Shown here piece after piece: positions 27,200-35,747 of a stretch of DNA of 56,120 bases. This stretch comes from Candidatus Ratteibacteria bacterium (lineage in GTDB: Bacteria > Ratteibacteria > UBA8468 > B48-G9 > DTJG01): NCBI GenBank assembly GCA_049971295.1, contig JBMFLH010000003.1, positions 4,362 to 60,481 of the forward strand, read 5' to 3'. The notes under the pieces were generated by a model. That model did not search any database. It saw only the letters and a list, made by a program, of their open reading frames with translations, and was not told where the DNA came from. Position 1 is the stretch's first letter; every line of letters starts with the position of its first letter. The translations under genes and the position numbers were made by a program.

Positions 27200-28540
27200 A
27201 TGAACCACTGTAAAGGAGACTTTGACATGGAAATACAGGAGAATTGCGGACTTTATGGAATTTACTCAAATACTGATTGCGTCGGTCACCTCTTTTATGG
27301 AATATTCAAACTTCAGCACAGGGGTCAGAGATACTGCGGCATTGCCACATTCAACAAAGAATTGAAACTCATCACCCACAGGGGGTTTGTCAGACATTCT
27401 TTTACTCCTGAAGAGTTGAAATCCCTGTCAGGCAGTATCGGCATTGGCCATGTGAGTTTGAAGGAAAGACAGCCAATCATGCTTGAATCAAAATTGGGGG
27501 TTTTTGTTATTGCGTTCAGCGGAAACATTCTGAATGCAGAGCAACTTTTTGAACAGATGAAGAAAAAGGGACATTCTTTTTCAAGCCATACTCAGGTGGA
27601 ACTGATTGCAAAAATGATAGCCCAGGGTAAGGACTTTGTTGATGGTTTTGAAAAACTCGCACAGCAGACAAAAGGTTCCTACACAATTCTTATACTGACA
27701 AAAGATGGTATTTATGCTATAAGGGACAGATATGGTTTTAAGCCACTCATTCTTGGAAAGTCAGAAAACGAATATGTTGTGTCTTCTGAATCAAGACCTT
27801 TTAGTATGTCTGGTGCAAAAATTATTAGGGATGTCAAACCAGGTGAAATTGTTTTTATTGGGAAAAATGGCATAGAAACTATTGGTCAGGTGAAAAGTAG
27901 CCAGATTGCTTACTGCGCATTTGAATGGGGATATATCGCTTCAATGGATTCCATTATTGAAGGAGTGCCTGTGGTAAGGGCGAGGAAAAATCTCGGAGCA
28001 AGTTTAGCAAAAAATGATAATGTTGATGCTGATATTGTTGCTGCAATTCCTTTTTCTGGAATTGGATATGCCCTTGGTTATCATAAAGAATCAAAAATTC
28101 CTTATGACGAAGTGTTTCTTATAGATAGATTTGCAAGCAGAAGTTATTTACCATTAACCCAGGAAGAAAGAGACAAGGAAGCCCGAATCAAACTTTCTGT
28201 TGTTGAAGAAAGTGTCAGAGGGAAAAAAATCATACTGTGCGATGATTCAATCGTCAGGGGAACTCAAATTAGAAACAAGGTACTGGAACTAAAGGCATCT
28301 GGAGCAAAAGAGGTCCATGTGAGAGTGGGATGCCCTCCTTTGATGGCGCCATGTCTTTACGATATCTCAACCCGTTCGTATAAGGAACTGGCGGCAAAAA
28401 AGTATTCAATCAGTAAGATTGCAAAAAGAATTGGCGCTGATACACTGAAGTACAACTCAGTTGAGGACTTCGTGAAAGCAATAGGACTGCCAGAAAATCA
28501 TCTGTGCCTGCACTGCTGGACAGAAAAGGAAATTATTTAA
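27200..28540 (+). CDS. purF: amidophosphoribosyltransferase (glutamine PRPP amidotransferase)
   Basis: N-terminal nucleophile context ENCGLYGIYS, PRTase loop IILCDDSIVRGTQ, and Cys residues (YCAFEW, APCLYD, CLHCW) consistent with the 4Fe-4S type. The true start may be ATG 27227 (MEIQENC), which has a good RBS. Confidence 0.85.
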   Translation: MNHCKGDFDMEIQENCGLYGIYSNTDCVGHLFYGIFKLQHRGQRYCGIATFNKELKLITHRGFVRHSFTPEELKSLSGSIGIGHVSLKERQPIMLESKLGVFVIAFSGNILNAEQLFEQMKKKGHSFSSHTQVELIAKMIAQGKDFVDGFEKLAQQTKGSYTILILTKDGIYAIRDRYGFKPLILGKSENEYVVSSESRPFSMSGAKIIRDVKPGEIVFIGKNGIETIGQVKSSQIAYCAFEWGYIASMDSIIEGVPVVRARKNLGASLAKNDNVDADIVAAIPFSGIGYALGYHKESKIPYDEVFLIDRFASRSYLPLTQEERDKEARIKLSVVEESVRGKKIILCDDSIVRGTQIRNKVLELKASGAKEVHVRVGCPPLMAPCLYDISTRSYKELAAKKYSISKIAKRIGADTLKYNSVEDFVKAIGLPENHLCLHCWTEKEII

Positions 28541-28611
28541 TACTCTGACCTTTTCACTAAACCAAATGAAAATTTTGCTGTCTTAAATATGATGTCCTTT
28601 ACAAAGGAAAA

Positions 28612-29241
28612 ATGAAACATAAAACTGGCTTCACTTTGATTGAACTTCTGGTCGTAATTGCCATTATTGCGATTCTTGCTGCTATAATACTTCCTGCACT
28701 TTCAAGGGCAAGAGAAAACGCAAGAAGGGCGATATGCACTAATAATCTAAAACAATTAAGCCTTGCCCTTGAAATGTATGCTGATGACAATAATGAGTTT
28801 TATCCCATCTGTGGTGGCACAATTAATTGGGGAGAAAATCCTCCTGGATGGATGGAACAATTATTTCCTTATGTGAAGAATAAAAAAATGTATCAGTGCC
28901 CATCGTTTCCAAGAAATGTTTCAGAATATCATTATTTTTTAAGTGCACGAGCTGCCTTTATTGATGCTGGTGGAAATCGTGCTGCAACCAGCAGAAAAAA
29001 AATTCGCTTTCCATCAGCATTTGTGCTTGCAGGCGATTCCAATTATAAATTTACTGAACCAGATTGCGACAAGGATGATTACACTCAAAATTGTCTTGGC
29101 TGGACTGCAGATAATGAACACTGGAAACCACATCATGCTGGTGGTTTGAATGTACTTTTTGCTGATGGACATGTCGGATGGTACACAAAGTATGACCCTG
29201 ATTCAATGACTTTCAGGTATGCTATTTTTTCTGATTGGTAA
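28612..29241 (+). CDS. prepilin-type N-terminal cleavage/methylation domain protein of the DUF1559 (H-X9-DG) class
   Basis: [27 protein letters not shown] (class III signal peptide) plus C-terminal [17 protein letters not shown] (H-X9-DG). Confidence 0.85.
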   Translation: MKHKTGFTLIELLVVIAIIAILAAIILPALSRARENARRAICTNNLKQLSLALEMYADDNNEFYPICGGTINWGENPPGWMEQLFPYVKNKKMYQCPSFPRNVSEYHYFLSARAAFIDAGGNRAATSRKKIRFPSAFVLAGDSNYKFTEPDCDKDDYTQNCLGWTADNEHWKPHHAGGLNVLFADGHVGWYTKYDPDSMTFRYAIFSDW

Positions 29242-29455
29242 AACACCAGCAAAAAACCTATTAAATTCTTTCTGTCAAGAATCAATCAGTTCATTGAGGA
29301 TTGGTCGCAGCAGGATATTCAGCTTTTGTGAGGGCTTTTGCATAACCATCAACAAATACAGCGTGACATAATTTAATTTGTGGATGCCTGTTGCTATATG
29401 AAACATCAAATATGATAAGGTTGCCCAACAATTTTTAAATGTATTTTGAAAATGC

Positions 29456-29484
29456 TCGACAAACCCAGGATACCTCTCTATAAT
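29456..29484 (+). promoter_or_regulatory. near-consensus sigma70 promoter (TCGACA-17 nt-TATAAT) in front of the M42 peptidase relic
   Basis: TCGACA at 29456-29461 and TATAAT at 29479-29484, with an exact 17-nt spacer. Confidence 0.4.
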
Positions 29485-29537
29485 TTCAAGGAAATAGAAT
29501 TCTTGCAGGTTAACTTAACCATCTTAACAAGAAAGAT

Positions 29538-30220
29538 ATGCAAAAGGAAGCACTTGATTTTTTAATGTCTTTATTGGAAATTCCAAGCCCATCAGGGTTT
29601 GAACAGAAAATCCAGAGATTTCTTATTGATTATCTTTGTAATTGCGTGGATAAGATTGATATGGATGTCCACAGTAATGTCATCGCCATAAAGAATCCTG
29701 AAGGAAGACCAAAAATCATGCTTGCTGCACATTGTGATGAAATTGGTTTGATGGTCATTATATTACAGAAGATGGCTTCATTTACTTTGTACCTATCGGC
29801 GGTGTTTCTTCCTATCGTCTTGAAGGTATGCGGGTATTTATACACGGTTCAAAAGGAAATGTCCCAGGCGTAATAGCAAGAAAACCGATCAGTCTGCGAG
29901 TAAAAGATAATCAGGAAAAGCCCGCAAGATTTCAGGATTTATGGATTGACCTTGGAGCAAAAGATAAAAAAGACGATCTTTCTGTTGTGAGCATAGGAGA
30001 CCCTATCACGATTGCGGCAGAATTCCAGCAACTTCGCAACAATTTTATTACTGCTCGTGGACTTGATGACAAACTGGGTGTTTTTGTGCTTGCAGAAACA
30101 ATGAGGCGACTGAAAAAGAAAATATTCTGCATCATATCACAGCAGTTCCTGGGCCTACTTCCACAGATGCCAGTGTCATCCACATCACAAGAGAGGGTGT
30201 ACCCTGTAGCGTGGTAAGAA
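29538..30220 (+). pseudogene. M42 family aminopeptidase/endoglucanase (FrvX/CelM-like) relic: frameshifts, internal deletion and 3' truncation
   Basis: MQKEALDFLMSLLEIPSPSGFE...AAHCDEIGLMV, then a frame change near 29750 to HYITEDGFIYFVPIGGVSSYRLEGMRVFIHG...ARGLDDKLGVFVLAETMRRLKK. A second frame change near 30110 gives ENILHHITAV, joined directly to PGPTSTDASVIHITREGVPCSVV. That is the late GGGTDA...GVP block, so roughly 100 codons expected between the blocks are missing. The frame ends shortly after. Confidence 0.65.
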
Positions 30221-30285
30221 TACGTTTAAAATATTGTTAAACACCTGGGGTCTGTCGATTTCAAGCCAAAATTCTGAGTGAAGAT

Positions 30286-32801
30286 CTACTTTATTGCGTC
30301 TTCAGGCACAAGAAGTTCTGCTGGATGCCTTGCAAGAAATGGCGGGATGTCATAAAGTTCAACAGTACTCCTTAAACTTGTCATAGCAATGGTCCATATC
30401 TGGTTATCAGAACCATCTGGCACAATAATTGAAATCTGGTCTCCGCTCATAACCTTCTCATCAGAAAAAATGACTTTCCCGTTTCCATCTTTAATATCAA
30501 CTTTTGAATATACTCTTCCAAGAAATGGAAATCCCACAACAAAGTATTTTGTTCCAGATGGGACGAAAAGGTACAGAGGTTCTCCGTTTGGACTCCATTG
30601 TCTGAATGGCTCTTTTCTGGGTTGACCAGGATAATCTGCTCTTGCTGCCCACACTGACAGGGGTCTATGATCAAATGTGATCATGGCTGACTTCCAGTAT
30701 GTGGCACCAGGGTCAAATATGTAAATTCCCTCTTCTGGAATTACAAATTTTATTGATGATGCCTGATTCTTTCCTCTGTAATCATATTTCCTTTGATATC
30801 CTGCAATGACCACTTACAATCAATGGTATGATTCGGAAATGGCCTGTATGTCAAATTTAATTCTTCACCCTTTTTCGCCCTGAAATAATAAATCCCTGAT
30901 TCAAGATAGAGCGGACTGATGCTGACATCTTTGTATTTCTCCACCAGAGATGGCTTTTTCTCTGCAAGACATAAAAGATTTCCTGAATAACTTTTCTCTG
31001 TGATTTCAACTGCCTGCAAATTTTCAAACCTTTTTACATATTCAGAAAACAACTTTCTTATTTCTTCTGCCTGAGGAATATCCTGCCTTTCCTTTTTCCA
31101 TGATTCAACCTCATTTTTATCAATATCCTTTATTTTCATCAGTGCTGGAAATAGACGCTCTTCAAAGGTTTTATGCGTAAACAACATTGGATAAACGTGT
31201 ATAAGTCCTGTGTCCATAATGCGACGTGAGAATATTATCAACTGTTTTGCTGTTTCTTTCACCTGCTGGTCTCCGAGATTTTGCCGAACTGTTCTTTCAT
31301 AATCCATTTTCATTCCGAGCCAGCAAAGATACATTGCAATTCTGTCTAATCTCGCCTGAACAGAAGCGTCTGTTTCTAAAGAATATGCCTGGTTCAAATC
31401 CATCAGCGCCAGTTTTAATGTCCTGGTAGTAAATCGTTCTCCTTTTGCCCATCTTTCGTAAATTCTCCTCACTGAAACTTTTGCCTTCTTAAAACAATTT
31501 TCAAAAAAGTCATCAAGAAGTACATTGATGTCCTGATCTGCGTTCCACATCAACTTTGCAGCGAGCCAGTAGCCAGGGCCATTTGGACCCCAGTTACAGC
31601 TACTTTCTGCTGCATAACTGGATAGTCCCAGATTTTTCATCTTTTTTATAAATTCTCCAAGTGTATAGTATCTTGCTGCCTTTGCTGCGCCTGGCAAGTC
31701 CCAGTCCCATAGATACACACTGAAGTAATCGTAAACCCCAACGCTTGCTGCAAGTTTTTTGAACGCTTCAACCTGTTGGTCCAATGTAAGTTTTGTGCCA
31801 CCGCGAAAACCAGTGGTTACTTCAACATGAACATTTGGCTCAAGTTTAAACGAAGGAGGATTGCTATGCAAATGGTAAGCAAGAAGTCCAACAAATTTAC
31901 CTGGAAATTGTTTCTGGACTTCCTTTGCAACGAGATTTGCTAAATAAAATACCTGGTCGCTGATACTTCCGAGTTTCTGCAATTTTCACATTCACAGAAT
32001 CCACCTCCATCATTTGGCTCAACAGATGCCATCATTCTGTCAGGATATTTTTTGAATACATTCAGCACTCCTTCAATCACCAGTTTCTGTACCTCTGGCT
32101 TACTGATGCATAATTGAGTGGGTTTCCTTTCACCTCCAACCAGTGCAAACAGTTCAGGATTTTTTTCAAACTCTTTTGGTGAGATATAACTTGCATAGGA
32201 ATGGCCTGCATATACCCTTAATGCTCCACCCTGCTTGTTATATTTAATCCAGTTTTCATAGTCCTGCTTGAGTTTAGGTGTTCTTGGACCATACCCATAC
32301 CAGATGTTTCTCCATGCAAATGATGGTTTTTCCTTTATATCAATGGAAACTTTGATTTCGTTCTTCTGAGGTATGACATACCACACAGGGTCAGGAAAAT
32401 ACCACCTGCATCCTAATGTTTCAAGAAAACTGTATATTGCATGTTGAAGTGCAAGATCACTATTTCCTATTATCCACAATCTATCTTTTTCACTTTTTAT
32501 CATAAATCCTTCAGGCCCTGAATCTGCAGCTTTCCGCCTGAGATTGACCAGGAAAATCTTCTGATGTTCCTATCATCATTGCGCCAGTCACATTTTTACT
32601 TCTTCCACAGGATACAGCCTGAATTCCACTCCTGTCATCTCTTTCAACCATTTTCCAAGTTCTTCAGCATATTTGCCTATTTTTTCCTGCGATGCCTGCT
32701 TTACCACAATTGAACATGCCCTACCTTTCTGAAAAAACAACAAACTCTGCCGGGATGCACTGATTACAAAACAATAAACTCAACAATACTAAACACGACA
32801 T
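30286..32801 (-). pseudogene. DUF4838-like gene (paralog of 43455..45944) degraded by at least five frameshifts
   Basis: Pieces in three frames are colinear with the 829-aa paralog. They are: signal peptide MSCLVLLSLLFCNQC (ATG 32801); KGRACSIVVKQASQEKIGKYAEELGKWLKEMTGVEFRL; ...GPEGFMIKSEKDRLWIIGNSDLALQHAIYSFLETLGCRWYFP...SVEPNDGGGFCECENC; KLGSISDQVFYLANLVAKEV...; and the C-terminal ...YLFVPSGTKYFVVGF...IWTIAM...FLARHPAELLVPEDAIK. Frame changes lie at or near 32732-32737 (A6 on + strand), 32593-32597 (T5 on + strand), ~32531, ~31976-31982 and ~30800-30830. Confidence 0.7.
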
Positions 32802-32812
32802 TTTCAAAAACT

Positions 32813-33688
32813 TCATTTTTCCCCTCTGTAAAGATACCTGATGAAAAAATCAATGACCTTTTTCTGATATTCAGAAGTACATGCAAGTCCTGTGTGAGAT
32901 CCGTGTGTCACAAACATTTCTTTTGGTTGTGGTGCCTTATCAAACAACCTTTTTGCATGCTCAAATGGAACAAACTCATCCTCCTCTGAATGAATGATTA
33001 AAACAGGACATCTGACATTGCTGATTCTCGTTTCAGGACTATTGATTGAGAAATCAGAACGCAAGACATACCTTCCGAGAAACTTTGAAAGCGACGCAAA
33101 AACATATTTCATGGGTCCAAAATTTTTGTAATAGTGCGTGACCATCTCAGGGAAATTTGCAAAGGCAGAATCTGTCACGATTGCTCTGATATCAGGATTT
33201 CCATCAGCAGAAATAATCGCAACTACCCCACCAAGGCTATAGCCCCAGATACCGATTTTTGCGTTTTTTGTTTTTTCATTGTTTCTCAAATACTGTATTG
33301 CTGCCTTCACATCAAGATGTTCTTTCAATCCAAAATGGGTAATTTTTCCCTCACTTTCTCCATGAGCTCTGAAATCAAAAAGGAAAAGGGAAAAAGAAGG
33401 ATACAAAAATTCAACAAAAGGAAGAATATCAGATTTATTCGCTGGATAACCATGAAGGCAGATAATCACTCCCTGCGCCCTTTTTGAATAAATCAGCCAG
33501 CCAGATAGTTTTTTACCATCATCAGTGAAAAATTCAACCCTTTCATAAGGTAAGCCAAGGTCAGATGGAGTAATAACAACTGGCATCCTTGATGGTCTAA
33601 GCGCTCTGTAACCAATGATGATTGTGATAGCAAAGATAACGATTGCAACATCAAGTGCAATTCTTATCAGCATCCTGTTTTTAATCAT
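32813..33688 (-). CDS. alpha/beta hydrolase with an N-terminal membrane anchor
   Basis: Start placed at ATG 33688 (MIKNRML), which overlaps the upstream stop by 8 nt. Hydrophobic segment IALDVAIVIFAITIIIGY, nucleophile elbow GYSLGG, and HG...H blocks. Confidence 0.75.
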   Translation of the reverse strand: MIKNRMLIRIALDVAIVIFAITIIIGYRALRPSRMPVVITPSDLGLPYERVEFFTDDGKKLSGWLIYSKRAQGVIICLHGYPANKSDILPFVEFLYPSFSLFLFDFRAHGESEGKITHFGLKEHLDVKAAIQYLRNNEKTKNAKIGIWGYSLGGVVAIISADGNPDIRAIVTDSAFANFPEMVTHYYKNFGPMKYVFASLSKFLGRYVLRSDFSINSPETRISNVRCPVLIIHSEEDEFVPFEHAKRLFDKAPQPKEMFVTHGSHTGLACTSEYQKKVIDFFIRYLYRGEK

Positions 33689-34559
33689 CAAGTCCAAGCA
33701 ATCTCATTGCGTTTTTCCTGGCAATTTTTTCAAATGCCTGCTGGCTTAATTTACCTGTGTCCCTTAATGTTATCAAAAAATCAGCAAGTGGAAGTTTTTG
33801 GTCTGCCTTGCAAATATCAGTGCCAAAACATAATTTATCCTGAAATTCATTCAAAAATTTTACAGCGTATTCAGGGTCTCTTGCAAGGGCATTATAACCG
33901 CTGTTTGCAGAAAGGTCGCCCCACAAATTCGGATACCTTCTCATCAGTTTTGGAACAACTCCTTCTTCTCTTACTGGATAAGACGGATATGTCGCCCTGT
34001 CCAAAGGAGTTTCAAAAACACCTATTTCTGACCAGAATGCCACTCCATGGCCCAAAAAAATCAGATTGGGAAACCGTTGAAGAGTTCTTTCAAGTTGCGG
34101 CAGTCCCATATCATCATAAATTCCATATCCGATACCCAATCTTGCGGAAAGGTCAAAAATGATCGGCAATCCTGCTTTTTCAGCATGCTTGAAAAAATTC
34201 TGGCATTTAGGGTCTTCAAAAGGAAGATTTGGCATAAATTCACCAATTCCCTTACATCCTCTTTTTTTATAATGTTCCATCCAGATTGAAAAATCTGCGT
34301 CAGGATTGTTTCCAAGTCCCCTTGGGTCAAGATTGCAAAATGGGAAAAACCGATTTTTTGACTTTTCACATATTTCAATCACATCTTCATTTGACTGCGG
34401 AAGGTATTCCTCAGGACCAATCAAAGGAAGGTACGCACCCTTTTCAATACCAAGTTCATCATATCGTTTTATGACTTCATCAGGTGTTGCAAATTTTGTT
34501 CTACCATCAGCAGGTGGACACTCTTTTCTATATGCGTGAGCGTGGATATCGATAAACAT
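33681..34559 (-). CDS. metal-dependent amidohydrolase (amidohydrolase_2/TIM-barrel type)
   Basis: ATG 34559 has AAGGAG 5 nt upstream. The N-terminal MFIDIHAHAY (HxH metal motif) and the later GFGTD-like CFGTDI block are typical of PF04909-type hydrolases and lactonases. Confidence 0.7.
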   Translation of the reverse strand: MFIDIHAHAYRKECPPADGRTKFATPDEVIKRYDELGIEKGAYLPLIGPEEYLPQSNEDVIEICEKSKNRFFPFCNLDPRGLGNNPDADFSIWMEHYKKRGCKGIGEFMPNLPFEDPKCQNFFKHAEKAGLPIIFDLSARLGIGYGIYDDMGLPQLERTLQRFPNLIFLGHGVAFWSEIGVFETPLDRATYPSYPVREEGVVPKLMRRYPNLWGDLSANSGYNALARDPEYAVKFLNEFQDKLCFGTDICKADQKLPLADFLITLRDTGKLSQQAFEKIARKNAMRLLGLDD

Positions 34560-34571
34560 CACTGCTCCTTT

Positions 34572-35747
34572 TTACGGATTTACCTTGCACTCCCACAAGA
34601 ATCCACTTCGTTCAAGATTATCTGTTTCAGCTGCATAGATGGTCCTGTCCTCAGTAATTGTAATATGATGAACAATCACGCAGGCATCCTTGATTTCAGG
34701 ATCATAAACCCTGCCAAAGGTAATAAATTTTTCCTTTTCCCTGTCATAGGCAAAGATGTATGTATTATAATTTTCACCACCACCGCCATAAATCAATCCA
34801 TCCTTTCCAATACACAGTCCTGCAAGTCGTGTACCAGGATATGGTTTGCCAAGATATTTAATCTCAACATTTTTCGGGTCTAATCTCATTAAAGCGCCAG
34901 AAACTGTTCCAATATAAATGTAGCCATCCTCGCCATTAATCATTCCATCAATACCGCTGTTATCAGCAGTATAAAGTTTTGGAAGTGCCTTTCTAAAAAA
35001 ATCAATTTTGTTCGTTTCAGGATTGTACCTCAAAAGATTTGCATTTGACGAACCTGCATTTGACCATTGTCCCCATAGATTTCCATCATCATCGACACAG
35101 GGAATATGGGGATAACTGCCAACCCAGTCAAAATTTATGGCTTTGTTTGTTTTGATATCGTATCTGAAAAATTTCAAACACGGCCAGGTAAATCCATAGA
35201 TAATTTTTCTCTTTTTATCCATGGCAATGGTTTGAATGTAATCGTGGGAACATGGAATACAGAGAATTTTAATTTCATTTGTTTTTGGATTGAGAGAAAA
35301 TATTTTTCCGCCAGGAGCATCAAGATATTCAAACGGCTCCACAAGGCCTGCTGTTGCGCCATAAATCGTTCCGTCATCATCAATAATCAAAGACCTGTGA
35401 ATTTTGATATCATATTTTTCTCCATATTTCTCAAAATGTAAAGAATTGAACTTTTTTGTTTCAGGGTCAAATGTCCAGAGTATATCGTTGTCTGCTGCTG
35501 TAATTCCACAATAGACAAGCCCTGTCTCAGGATGATACTCAACAGTGGTAAAGGATATCAAATTGTGGTAGTAATCTTTGTTTCTTCCCATTGTCTCTGC
35601 ATAGCTTGTCGCAGTAGTTTCTGTTCCCTGAGCACTGGCAATTCCCATTTCTTTCTGCCAGTTTAATATCGGTCTTGCAATATTTTTCAGTACATATGCT
35701 TTCACCTTGCAACTCGGCGTTTCATCCTCCCTTTTAACGAATATCAA
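34572..35747 (-). CDS. hypothetical beta-propeller protein
   Basis: 391 aa with repeated DG.IYG-type blade motifs: DDGTIYGATAG, KIIYGFTW, DDGNLWGQW, EDGYIYIGTVSG, KDGLIYGGGG, EDRTIYAAETD. The start is uncertain because the track start is TTG. Confidence 0.45.
   Translation of the reverse strand: MIFVKREDETPSCKVKAYVLKNIARPILNWQKEMGIASAQGTETTATSYAETMGRNKDYYHNLISFTTVEYHPETGLVYCGITAADNDILWTFDPETKKFNSLHFEKYGEKYDIKIHRSLIIDDDGTIYGATAGLVEPFEYLDAPGGKIFSLNPKTNEIKILCIPCSHDYIQTIAMDKKRKIIYGFTWPCLKFFRYDIKTNKAINFDWVGSYPHIPCVDDDGNLWGQWSNAGSSNANLLRYNPETNKIDFFRKALPKLYTADNSGIDGMINGEDGYIYIGTVSGALMRLDPKNVEIKYLGKPYPGTRLAGLCIGKDGLIYGGGGENYNTYIFAYDREKEKFITFGRVYDPEIKDACVIVHHITITEDRTIYAAETDNLERSGFLWECKVNP

Noticed and set aside
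29291-29431. Minus-strand 46-codon open frame LLGNLIIFDVSYSNRHPQIKLCHAVFVDGYAKALTKAEYPAATNPQ, possibly the 3' remnant of another gene
   Set aside because: It has no ATG or RBS and is too short. The FVDGY segment only loosely recalls the DG end of DUF1559 proteins, and the H-to-DG spacing does not fit H-X9-DG. I cannot support it as a feature.
453-32801. Explaining all frameshifts as homopolymer sequencing errors
   Set aside because: This is only partly rejected, since several sites are in A/T/C runs and could be errors. It does not explain the in-frame TAA at 26115, the four stops in the glmS relic, the ~100-codon deletion in the M42 relic, or the clustering of five frameshifts in one 2.5-kb gene. 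Adjacent 3-4.6-kb ORFs with A7 runs are intact. These points argue for real decay in most cases. Read-level data are needed.
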